Origin: Eledone cirrhosa
Taxonomy: Eukaryota
Direction: 5' to 3'
Assembly (NCBI GenBank): GCA_964016885.1
Contig: OZ024743.1
Location: 178,684,001-178,748,000 of the forward strand
DNA: 64,000 nt
The notes below the pieces were generated by a model. It was not told the origin of the DNA and ran no database searches. It saw nothing but the letters and a program-made list of their open reading frames with translations. A program made the translations under genes and the position numbers. Positions 48,401 through 60,917 of the stretch are shown in pieces. Within the stretch, counting starts at the first letter, position 1; each line of letters starts with the position of its first letter.

Positions 48401-49998
48401 GATAGAAGAAACTATTCAACTTGAAGAATATTATCTTCCATAAATTCACTATGACCTCTGAAGTGATTAATAATGTTTGTTAACTAGGTTATGTAATATA
48501 GATACTAAATCAGAAATCTAACCATTGATGCCATACAAAATAACAATGAAATTATAGCTCTTTATCGTATTCAGCTTTTCAATGTCTCAAATAATATTTG
48601 GTCGTTGACAGAAAATGATCTCATATCAATGAAGATAGTAATAAATGTAACCTATGCATAGGGGAGGAAATACCAATCTTAAATATCGCTACAATTTGAA
48701 GTATATTTAAATAATTTATCTGAGATTTCAGGAAAATTTAGGTAGTACAGATAAATTCATTTACAGATATTGTCACAGACTTTTCGGATTTACAATTGTG
48801 TGCGAATGTATCGGTGGTCTTTGTGTGAATCTATACAGATAATTTCGTATGTAAGTTTTCTTACTTAATGGTTTAAACTCGTCAAATTATAGCCTTCGTA
48901 GAGAGGCTCCCTTCGGTCACAAAAGATCATGGGATTTGCACCTAAAAACCTCTCCTCCGAGACTCAAAGTCTGAGCAAGGTTTTTTTTTCTGTGGAAGAC
49001 CAGCAGTTGCCCATGCATATCAGTCTCTCCTCTCCACATCACTGATATTGTTCAAGAGAGAGGCAAAGGCTGATACAGCTTGGTACCAGATGAATAAACT
49101 GGAGTAGCTTAAATTAACGTGTCTTGCTGAAAGACACAACATACTGCCGGTTCCTGGAATCGAGCTCACAACCTGACGATTATATATATAATCTAACTGG
49201 AGCAACATTTTTTCTGGGGAGGTTTTTCCTACATTTACTCTTCCTTTCCAAACTATGTCCTATGAAATTCATTACATAGAAGATTGTATGGAATACATTG
49301 TTTTTATTCTTATTTATGAAATATTTTTTCATTATTCCATTTAAATTCATGTTGTTTACTGTATATCGTATTATGGTGGACACGGATAGCTAGTCATTCA
49401 GGTAGCAACAACTTTACAGCATGGTTTCCGATGCTTATTGTACGATGGACACTAAAGAAGTTGTCTGCAGCAGGAGTAAGGAGTCTATTCTACTACATAA
49501 TACCTAGTCTATTCCAATGATTTTCAAGTATTATCATAGATACTTCTAACATCACAAGGTACTTAATTTCGCATGAAAAAACAGTCGATATGACTGGTAT
49601 ATATTGTTTCGACTTCCGGAGGCGTGGGGGGGGGGGGAGCTGACCGTGGTAAAATACACATTCAGAATAGAACTAAGTGCGAAGTACAGGAAGGGGTTAA
49701 TATCAGAAGCTTTATCAATTTCTTTCTCCACGGAAATTTAATAATATATGTAGTTCTAGATAAATGTGGCGATGGTACTCGGTAATGCTTTTGCGATCTT
49801 ATCCTCGGGGTGCAGCCCCAACACCACCGCGCCATAGGCCCAGAGCCCATCACTCTCCCCTTTCCTTCTCCCTTTCTTCCGTGGTCCTAAAGCCCTTACC
49901 TTTTCTTTTCTGTTTTTAAATATTTGTAGTGTTTTTTTTTTAAAGTCATTTATTCATGTAATTAGTCATTTATTAGAATACTGCCAAACTCTTTACAG

Positions 49999-50287
49999 CA
50001 GTCATGGGCAAACTGCGGCCCGGGAAGCTTTCTGAATGGCTCGCCTAAGTCACCTAAGAGAAATCTTTCTGATTTTTTTACCCCAACTTTTCAGTCGTAA
50101 TTTATTTTTCTATCATTTTTACAATCGAGGAAAACAACGTGTACCAATTGTGAAGAAACAAATCAAAATAACCGGAGTTACCGCCGATTTTTTATGTGGG
50201 CATGAATGTAAATTAGCGCTTGCGGCCCGCCTGATGATGAGCCATATCTCATGCGGCCTGATTCTCGAAAAAGGTTGCCCATGCCTG
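49999..50287. mobile_element. hAT (Charlie-like) MITE
   Basis: TIR cagtcatgggcaaact / aggttgcccatgcctg, subterminal tgcggccc motifs, 8-bp TSD ctttacag at 49991 and 50288. Confidence 0.9.
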
Positions 50288-50546
50288 CTTTACAGCATGA
50301 GATGAAATTTGTTGCGATGTTTTTTCTCTGAGCTCTGAGTTGAAATGCCACCAAGATCAACGTCGCCTTTTGTCTCTTCGAGGTGTATAAACGACGTAGC
50401 AGTTCATAATGACGGTTTTAATGGAATTGTTACAATGATGGACGAAATGGCTATCTGATGCCTTTTGCTGTCTATTGTGACAGCAACTACTGCAACACCA
50501 CTGCTCTATCAGCAGTTATCTTTCCATTGACTAACATCAGCGACTT

Positions 50547-50625
<79 letters not shown>

Positions 50626-50626
50626 C

Positions 50627-50659
<33 letters not shown>

Positions 50660-50665
50660 AAACAA

Positions 50666-50720
<55 letters not shown>

Positions 50721-50721
50721 A

Positions 50722-50752
<31 letters not shown>

Positions 50753-50982
50753 CTTGAATGTATGGTAAAGTGTTAGTATTGGACTCCCACTCCCTCCCCA
50801 CGAAACTTGTCCATTCCCAGGGTTTAGCAAGTCATACGGAGGCCCCGGATGAATATATCAGCTCAGAAAAATGTCCAAAATAATAAAGTAACGAATTTAA
50901 AATGACAGAAAGAAGAAAAGAATAAATAAGGAAGAATGAATGAATAAAGGAAAAAATAGAAGAATGAATGAATATAACTTAC

Positions 50983-51194
50983 GTGTCATCGAAAACTCTT
51001 CCATCCTCAAAATAGCCTTTGTATTTAACCTTTAGGAGGTCTCCCCGTTTCGCTTTTCGATTGCATTCGCCAACCTCCTGTAATATCTCGATTTTTATAT
51101 CATCGAGTGGTTTACCTTCGTCAGAACGGCTGAGTGTAACAAAAAGACTCAGGAGAGCAACACATAGAGTAAGGATTTGTTGTAATCTTCTCAT
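50983..51194 (-). CDS. FKBP14: ER FKBP coding exon 1: signal peptide and start of FKBP domain
   Basis: MRRLQQILTLCVALLSLFVTLSRS hydrophobic signal, CNRKAKRGDLLKVKYKGYFEDGRVFD, GTAAGT donor; exons of 212+146+131+150 nt give 212 aa. Orthology to FKBP14 versus FKBP7 is not resolved by eye. Confidence 0.92.
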
Positions 51195-51308
51195 TTCCAC
51201 TATAAAATAATCGAGAAAGAATAAAATTGACATGAAGGTATTTTTAAAGGAGGTTATTACTGCTATTGTTGCTGTCGTTGTTGTGGTTAATTTTATTATT
51301 ATTATTAT

Positions 51309-51612
51309 TGCCTTTCATACTTACGGGGTCGATTAAATAAAGTACCAGTCACGCACTAGGGTCGATTTAATCGACTTTACCCACCCCAAAATTTCTGCCC
51401 TTGTGCCTATATAAGAAACCATGGATTGGCAGTATCGGTGGAGAGTCTGACGCCATGCTTTTCAGCATAGAGTTACGTCCCTTTACGAACTGAGTTCAAA
51501 TTCCGCCGTGGCTAACTTTGCCTTTCATCCTTACGGGGTCGATAAAATAAAGTACCAGTAATCTACTGGGTATTCGCTGGCCTTGTGCCAAATGTAGACA
51601 CAATTATTATTA
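51309..51612 (+). mobile_element. tRNA-derived SINE dimer (partial plus near-full)
   Basis: Same core as 23376; more diverged relatives at ~34060-34207, 39420-39595 and 40160-40312 (minus). Confidence 0.85.
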
Positions 51613-51624
51613 TTGGAAGGGCTA

Positions 51625-51651
51625 CATACACATATGCACACGATCACATAA

Positions 51652-51684
<33 letters not shown>

Positions 51685-51951
51685 TACACAAATGCACATG
51701 ACTACTTAAACACACAAACACACACATACATATAGGCACAAAACCACTTAAACACACAACCACACACATATATATAGGCACACAACCACATAAACACACA
51801 CATATATATAGGCACACAACCACATAAACACACACATTCACGTACACATATGCACACGACCACATAAACACACAAACACACACATACATATAAGTACACA
51901 ACCACTTAAACTCACAAACATACACACGTATATATAGGCACACGACCACAT

Positions 51952-51986
<35 letters not shown>

Positions 51987-53380
51987 ACCACATAAACACA
52001 CAAACACACATACGCGCACGACCACATAAACACACACACACACACACACATATGCACACGACTACATAAACACACAAACACACACACATACACACATATG
52101 CACACATATGCACACCACCACATAAACACACACATACATACACACATAAACACGACCACACACGAAAACATACATACATACATACATATATGATCATGAC
52201 CACATAAATACACAAACATACACACACATATGCACACGATCACTTAAATATACAAACACACACACATGCACATATGCACACGACCACATAAATACACACA
52301 CATATGCACACGACCACATAAATACACACACGCACACACATACACATACGCACACGACCACATGAACATACACATGTGGGCACGTGCAAAATATTAAATG
52401 GAGACATAGACGAGCGCCGCCGTTCAGGTGGGGCTTTAACTCACGCACATACACACATACACGCTCACATAAACACACACATGCATGCACACACACATAC
52501 ACATACACATTCTCACATACAAATGCATGCCCACATAAACACACACACATAAACACATACACAGACATACACGTCCACATAAACACACACACATATACAC
52601 ACGCACATACACACATACACATGCGCGCCCACATAAACACACATGCACACACACACACATACACATGCGCGCCCACATAAACACATGCACACACACACAC
52701 GCAAACACATACACACATACACACCCACATAAATACACACGCATGCACACACACACATACACACATACACACACACATACACATACACACACACACACAC
52801 ATATGAGCGCCCACATAAACACACATGCACACACACAAACACACATACACACCCACATAAACACACACGTATGCACACACACACATACACACGCACATAC
52901 TCACATACATATGCGCGCCTACATAAACCCACATGCACACACATATACACAAATACATACATACAAACACACATAGACACACATACACACACATGTCAAC
53001 ACACATACACACACATACACACTCATGCCAACACACATACACGCCAACATAAACACACATACGCATACACACACACACGTACACACATACACCTACACAT
53101 GCGCGCCCACATAAATAGACATGCACGCAAACACGCATACACAAACACATACACACACATGCCAACACACTTACACAGACATACACACACACACATGCAT
53201 ACACACACACACACATACACATACAAACACACATACACACACATGCCAACACACTTGCACACACATACACACACATGCATACACACACACACATAAAACA
53301 CACATACACACATACAGATATGACCACACACACACATACACACACACATAAACACATACACACACACACACACGTGCACA
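51625..53380. repeat. Cryptic (CA)-rich minisatellite punctuated by ccacataaac
   Basis: Recurrent (cga/gc)ccacataaacacac units of variable length. Confidence 0.9.
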
Positions 53381-53413
53381 GATAGAAAACAGGAGATTGA
53401 GATGGAGACTTAC

Positions 53414-53520
53414 CGCCAGAGTTCAGGAGAGTTCTCAATCAGATAGGTAAGAGTTAAGAGAGAGAGGCAAAACAGTCCACCCGGCTTGCTCGGATCAATT
53501 CTCCACACTGAAACACAGTT
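53414..53520 (-). other. Putative non-coding 5' exon of the FKBP gene (5' boundary uncertain)
   Basis: Polypyrimidine tract and tAG acceptor 5 nt upstream of the ATG (51200-01); strong GCG|GTAAGT donor at 53408-53413 in unique sequence. Confidence 0.4.
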
Positions 53521-53656
53521 CAATGAAGTCAGTTCAATGTTACATTTAATTATTATTTTCTATTGTGATTCTTGAGACTATCTGCTGCTCAGATTCCCAC
53601 GTAACTTGACTTATAAGCGAGCACGAGTGTATGTGTGTGTATGGGGGGGGGGGGGG

Positions 53657-53703
<47 letters not shown>

Positions 53704-53895
53704 ACGTGTGTGTGTGTGTCAAACCTGAGCATATGCATAAACATAATGCCTTAACGCGTTCTGCACACACTCAGGTACACACTCTCCCATACACAAATGC
53801 ATGTATACACACGTGTGTGTGTGTGGGGGGGGGGGGGGTATTTATAATGCCTGTATGTATGTATGTATGTATGTACGGTATGTATGTATATATAG

Positions 53896-53946
<51 letters not shown>

Positions 53947-54056
53947 CATATATGTAAAAGAAATCAAACGCCTACATACTCATACAATTTATATATATAT
54001 ATATATATATATATAGCACTGAAGAGCGACCTTACACACACACACATATATATATG

Positions 54057-54134
<78 letters not shown>

Positions 54135-54135
54135 T

Positions 54136-54352
54136 AGTGGTGGAACACTGGAAGGTAATATCCGTAGTGGTAGAGCACTCAGTCCAAGAGACGAGTTAGG
54201 TAGAAGTGGTTAAACAACAGTTAGTTCACCATACCGAGAACAATTGTTTCACCTTCGCGGATCTTCGCGGATACACATCCCGAGCTGAAGATCCGCGAAG
54301 GTGAAACAATTGTTCTCGGTATGGTGAACTAAATGTTGTGTAACCACTTCTA
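54136..54352. mobile_element. Short fold-back pLTR insertion in (TA)n (shorter copy at 13201-13295)
   Basis: 54201-54266 is inverted at 54287-54352; same 5' block as 13201. Confidence 0.8.
54280..54319 (+). ncRNA. Minimal type I hammerhead
   Basis: ccgag-CTGAAGA-t-cc-gcgaa-gg-t-GAAA-CAATTG-TT-ctcgg. Confidence 0.75.
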
Positions 54353-54366
54353 TATATATATATATT

Positions 54367-54426
<60 letters not shown>

Positions 54427-55049
54427 CGTGTGTGTGTGAGGTCGCTCTTCAGTGCTACTGGTAACATGTAACCCAGTACAACCTGTGCATGGTCGGGTGG
54501 TCGGTGACTAAACTGGCAACCCCCACAAAACTTGGTTGGTGAGGAGGGTGATTTTAGACACCATACGGGATGAGAAACAAAACCCGTAATGGGAGGGCGG
54601 GACACAGGAGAGCCAACGGCCATACAATAACTTTTTTTTTTTGTGGAGTGAGAGACTCCTAGTCTTCATTAAAACATCTCTCTAGGAGAAGGTCACTCTG
54701 ATATAAAACCTGCGACTTCGTTAGCATCCGATAATGTAGACCAGTTCTTCTTTTGGGGCAAATGCATTCGATGTTTAGAGAGTGGGATTGGCCCCGTGCA
54801 AAGCCTGTCATCACTTAAAATTCTTCAAGCACAGGCATCGCTTCATATGTGACATTTTTTACGATGCATTTGCATTGCTGGCCATAGGCAAGTCCCTAGC
54901 AAGACTAAAAAGCGACATCCGTTATTAAAGAGGAAATAAAAATATTGAGGAAACAGAAACAAATTTTTAGAGAAAAATAACAGCTCCTTTCATGTTGCCA
55001 TCTCTTGGAAAACTTTTGATGCTGGCATTATATATATATATATATATAT

Positions 55050-55358
55050 ATAACGAAGGAGATGTGGTAAGGAACCAGATGGACCATAACGCACCAAAGT
55101 ACTCAATACTTAGGGTAGTAGAGTGGGTAATAGGAACGAGTAGGACCCCGACGGCTGAGCTCAAGCCGTTTCGACTGCTAATTCTGGACTGCTAAGTCTG
55201 GACTTAGCAGTCCAGAATTAGCAGTCGAAACGGCTTGAGCTCAGCCGTCGGGGTCCTACTCGTTCCTATTACCCACTCTGGACTGCTAAGTCCAGACTTA
55301 GCAGTTCAGAATTAGCAGTCGAAACGGCTTGAGCTCAGCCGTCGGGGTCCTATTCCTT

Positions 55359-55361
<3 letters not shown>
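55050..55361. mobile_element. Nested fold-back insertion with the 3' half of an HHR (family also at 15944-16070 and 60140-60225)
   Basis: 55131-55198 is inverted at 55201-55268, then partly repeated; GAAA-cggct-tgagctc-agccg-TC. Confidence 0.7.
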
Positions 55362-55420
<59 letters not shown>

Positions 55421-56056
55421 TATTGGGGGAGGGTCATATTGTTATAATATTGCCAGAACCAATAATAAAACACACTCACTGTTTGGTTTGGATTGGTTTT
55501 CGCTTCTATATATTTTATATCCCATAGCTAATTTAGCTGGCAATCAATATTTATCATTGATTGACCATCGGTGAAAAATAAAGATATAAATATTTATATA
55601 TAGTCTATCAAAGTTCTTTCATCGCACACCTGTCACATCATCAGTGGTACTATTATGTTTCCTCCCGTTGTATTGTATATACAGTAACGGCCATAATGGT
55701 TTGGACACCTAGATGTCCATCACAAAACTTTCAAAAGCTTCAAAACTAAAACAAGCTAAAAGCTCAAACTTCATCCATGTTGAATTAACGATACCAGTTA
55801 AATATGGTTAAAATTATACTTGTTTAGGATCATTGCCCAGTGTAGCCCTAACGTAGTTCTCAGGGAGAGTCAATGTGATAGGGTTGGTTCTTTGAATTAC
55901 AGATATAACACATTTTTGTATGTTCGACTCCCATGTACGGCAACACTCATCTTTTTCAATTTCTCCGAGGGTTATAAACCCCACTATCAGGCTAGAAATT
56001 TCTTTAGTCTGAAATACGGTGAAAGCTTATAATTTCTATATATATATATATATACA

Positions 56057-56103
<47 letters not shown>

Positions 56104-56352
56104 AGGTTATGGATATTCCAACAGGCACCAAGTACCTACAGAAATATGCATGGTGTTTATAATAGTTGTGGTTCGATGGTACTAATTTAAGATAACAGAA
56201 CTATAAAAATGAGCGGACAAGTGATCATCAAACAATCTTTTAAATAAATTAAAAAACGATTTAAATATTCACCTGTTCTATTGCCGTTACCAACGGTTTC
56301 ACTATTCAAATGATTGGAAATTCAGAGAATTTCCAATGGAAAGAATTACATC

Positions 56353-56430
<78 letters not shown>

Positions 56431-56489
56431 AATGAAGTAATTCCATCGGAAAAGTCCAGGAAAAAAGAGTGCTCTATGTAAGCAACAGA

Positions 56490-56795
56490 GCTTAATTATT
56501 ATTATTATGTAATAAACAACATAAGGCAATTATTCCATTTACCAGTGGTTTCTTAAAAGCAAAAGGTTTTGCTTTCAATCCTCAGAATGAAAAATCCTGG
56601 TTTGTTTATTGAATATGGATTCTAAAAACAAAAATGCAATCTATATGAAAGTGAGGCTGGAAAAGGGAAAAGGAAAGGGAAAATAAAATAAAATAAAACT
56701 ACACATGCAAACACACACACAAAAAACACAAAAGCATACTTACACACACATACACATATACATATATATAAATGTACGCATACACATATACATAT

Positions 56796-56833
<38 letters not shown>

Positions 56834-57294
56834 AGCGTACACCTACACGCACATACACATATATACACACATATACACATACATACATTCATACATACAC
56901 ACACATACACACACACATATACACACACATACACACACACATATATATATACACACATACATACATTCACACAAACATACAACATACATACATACACATA
57001 CATGAATGCACTCCACTACATATTCACACACGCAAATAAATATAAGAAAAAAATAATATATAAATATATATTAACAAATTTTTGACAGCGATACATGCCC
57101 CAGCTAACAGGACAGACACGCGTGGTAAGTAATACACACAAAAGCACATATACATACGTACGAAATAGTAAACACATACACACACTCTCACACATAAATA
57201 TACATATACAAATACATAAACACGTACATACACATACATACACAAACACGTACACGTATATAATATAAACACACACATGTATATGTAATTATAT

Positions 57295-57359
<65 letters not shown>

Positions 57360-57634
57360 CATACAAAAATATAAAAATATAAACGCACACACACATATAT
57401 AAATACGTAAACACACATATACATACATAAGCTAAACAATTATACACATGCAAATACGTATATATCAAAAGAACGCACAACCAAATACAAACACACACAC
57501 ATACACACACACACCCACACACACACACACCCACACACACACCCACACATACATAATAATAAATAAATACACACGCACACATATACATACATACACATAC
57601 ATATACACATATATAAATATACACATATACATAC

Positions 57635-57667
<33 letters not shown>

Positions 57668-57963
57668 CACATATATACACACATACACGTACACATACAC
57701 ACATGCATACACATACACACACACATATATACATGTGTGTATGTGTAAAGCTCAGTATTAGATAAGACAAATGAACCTTACATAAACGTATATATAGTAG
57801 TAAAGTAATAAAACCATACAAGGCAATTAATCCATTCACCAGAGGTTTCTTAAAAGCAAAAAAAGTTTCCTTCAATCTTCAGAATGAAAAAAAGCCTGGT
57901 TTATCCACATATACATACATATACACACACAAATATACAATTATATACACACATACAGACACG

Positions 57964-58011
<48 letters not shown>

Positions 58012-58997
58012 AACATATACGTACATATATACATATATACTCACATATATATACACACAAAAATACATACACATACACATAGGTATGTGAAGGGCAAAAC
58101 AAAAAGAACATATGGGGGGGGGGGGCTAAGAGGAGGTAAAAATATAAGGGGAGGCAAGGGAGAAAATTTTTTTTAAATATACAAGAGTACAGAAGGTAGA
58201 ATCAGCAAAATAAAAACCGTAGCAAAAGTAAAGAGCAGAGAAGGAGTTCAAGGCGGTTGATTTATCGTAGGAGTGTCAATCCAGTTACAGATCAAATGCG
58301 ATTTCAGATGAGGACAGCATCTGAAGATCTCAGTCTTTGAGTTAAGGCAAGCGGAAGTGGCTCTCAAGTTTAGCAAAATCCTATACTTTTCTGTGGTACA
58401 CAAAGAACAATTCTTTGTGCCCCTTTGGTACTCCCTCGAATGGTCTAATATAGACCAATCAATAGAGTACGGGATATTACTATCCTTGAGATCCCATACC
58501 TTACTTGCGAGGGCCGTTGATGTTCGTTTATCTGAGTGTTTAAAAGAAGCGACATATGAGTAAAATCTGGTTTTAAACCTGTCCTGGGTCATACCGACAT
58601 ATCGCTCACTTCTGGCTGGCTGGTTGTTGATAACTGGCGTTATCTTAGCCTCATAAACGACAGATTTTGTGTTACATTTACCCTGCAATGGGCATTCATC
58701 CGGCTTCCTGCAACTGCATCCTGGATTTATCCTCGTACGGTTTGAACTGGTGATTTTGGACTTCATGGATGGGCAACAAGAGTAGCTGATCTTAACTACA
58801 TTCCTATTAAAAATCTTATAATATCTATGAATAGGAGGAAAATGTTTGTCTATGTTAATATATATTTATATATTATTTTTTTCTTATATTTATTTGCGTG
58901 TGTGAATATGTAGTGGAGTGCATTCATGTATGTATATGTATGTACGTTGTATGTTTGTGTGAATGTATGTATGTGTGTATATATATGTGTGTGTGTA

Positions 58998-59028
<31 letters not shown>

Positions 59029-59105
59029 GTGTATGTGTGTGTGTGTATGAATGTATGTATGTGTATATGTGTGTATATATGTGTATGTGTGTGTAGGTGT
59101 ACGCT

Positions 59106-59141
<36 letters not shown>

Positions 59142-59429
59142 ATATGTATATGTGTATGCGTACATTTATATATATGTATATGTGTATGTGTGTGTAAGTA
59201 TGCTTTTGTGTTTTTTTGTGTGTGTTTGCATGTGTAGTTTTATTTTATTTTATTTTCCCTTTCCTTTTCCCGTTTCCAGCCTCACTTTCATATAGATTGC
59301 ATTTTTGTTTTTAGAATCCATATTCAATAAACAAACCAGGATTTTTCATTCTGAGGATCGAAAGCAAAACCTTTTGCTTTTAAGAAACCACTGGTAAATG
59401 GAATAATTGCCTTATGTTGTTTATTACAT

Positions 59430-59435
<6 letters not shown>
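56490..59435. mobile_element. Penelope-like element family D with microsatellite-rich 3' UTR and inverted arm
   Basis: Minus GIY-YIG ORF at 58248-58852; 56500-57075 is inverted at 58853-59435; diverged direct repeat of 56510-56610 at ~57805-57905. Confidence 0.82.
58248..58852 (-). pseudogene. 5'-truncated PLE GIY-YIG endonuclease
   Basis: IDKHFPPIHRYYKIFNRNVVKISYS, CSCRKPDECPLQGKC, VVYEA..YVG, CSLCTTEK, LNSKTEI..CPH. Confidence 0.88.
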
Positions 59436-59478
<43 letters not shown>

Positions 59479-60270
59479 GGGCGAAGGGCGCGTCCATGCA
59501 ACGTATGCAGTGCATGCGTTATAGAATCTTGAGTTGATCAATTTCGTCGGCTGAAGCAAGCAGAATTTTGGCTGCTAAATCGTAGACACATAAAAAGATA
59601 AGTTATGGTATTAATTTTTAATACCCAATTCTAAAATTTCAATAATTCTCATCTAGCAATCCATTCTATAGCATTGGCCGAAAAAGCAGCACCAACTAAA
59701 TATAGCAGCTGTGTTAGACTCCTTAGTTTTTGTTTTATTTCACTTCTCACTTTCCAATCTTACATTCTGATATATCTGTCTCTCATTTTTTATTATATTT
59801 TTGTTGTCCCCTAATCTCATTTGATTTACCTTTTCTATAACGTCCCTCCTCCCTTTTTCTAAAGAAACCTATTTTCGCCTACCTCCCCTGGCCTACTTTC
59901 ATACACAATCCAGAATTTGCCGTGTAGATTTCACCTTCAACACTTGACCGGGTCTACCCACTCCCCTATTGTTCTACAGGCAAGTTCAGCCAACGCCACC
60001 TCGCACCCTCTGCCATGATAGACTTTTCTGTGTCAGCTACAAATTTTGACCAAATCTCTTGACAACTACAATCTTCCCATATAAGGAAGTACCCCTTGAA
60101 AAGTTCGGCTATTTATTTACCAGACTAAAAAAACTCTTACTTTAGTCCAGAAATAGCGGTCGGGGTCATACTTTCTCCTATATATATATAACGAAGGAGG
60201 TGTGGTAAGGAACCAGGTGGACCGTATATATATATATATTAGTAATATATATATATATATATATATATAT

Positions 60271-60851
60271 TTTAGTAAGTAAGTTAATTTTTAATTTTTA
60301 AAATTTTCTTATTTTACGTCTTTCATATAATTGTTCTGCATGCCCCTGCATAGAACCACCTAGGTACTTTGACATAACTTATATATTTGCTAGCATTAGT
60401 GTACATCTGTACGCATATGTTGGTCGATGTACTAATTCTCTATATTTATCTCCAAATTATTTGTTGAGCAAACTTGCCAAATCTACTGCTAATTCATTGT
60501 AGTAGTAGTAGGCTCTTGTCATAATACCACCCCACTCCGAACTGAGTAACCTCAGTGTCACGTGATTGATTCTTTAGAATCTGCCATTGACCAGAGGCAG
60601 TGAACTTTTTCAGTGCTATGGAATTTAGTCCTCGCTAGCTTATTACATCCACTGAATTATTATTTTTATATGGGTTCCTAGTGTCCGCGCATTGCCTGGG
60701 AACTTAGCTGAGAATAGACTCCCTGATGACGTAATGAATTCTCGATAGTTATATTGTGTAACTATATTTATCCCATTACAGAAACTAATTAGTTGGAGTG
60801 AAAATTTTAGTAAGTTAATTTTTAATTTTTAAAATTTTCTTATTTTACGTC

Positions 60852-60858
<7 letters not shown>
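60271..60858 (+). mobile_element. Non-coding HHR element: ~530-bp monomer plus ~55-bp terminal direct repeat in (TA)n
   Basis: 60271-60328 is repeated at 60806-60858; no ORF; HHR at 60718-60799. Confidence 0.8.
60718..60799 (+). ncRNA. Candidate HHR with extended stem II
   Basis: actcc-CTGATGA-c-gtaatg..atagtta/taactat..cattac-a-GAAA-CTAATTAG-TT-ggagt. Confidence 0.8.

Positions 60859-60911
<53 letters not shown>

Positions 60912-60917
<6 letters not shown>

Noticed and set aside
51195-51233. Upstream start extending FKBP by 13 aa (ORF track)
   Set aside because: The region is a polypyrimidine tract and acceptor; the ATG at 51194 directly precedes a normal signal peptide
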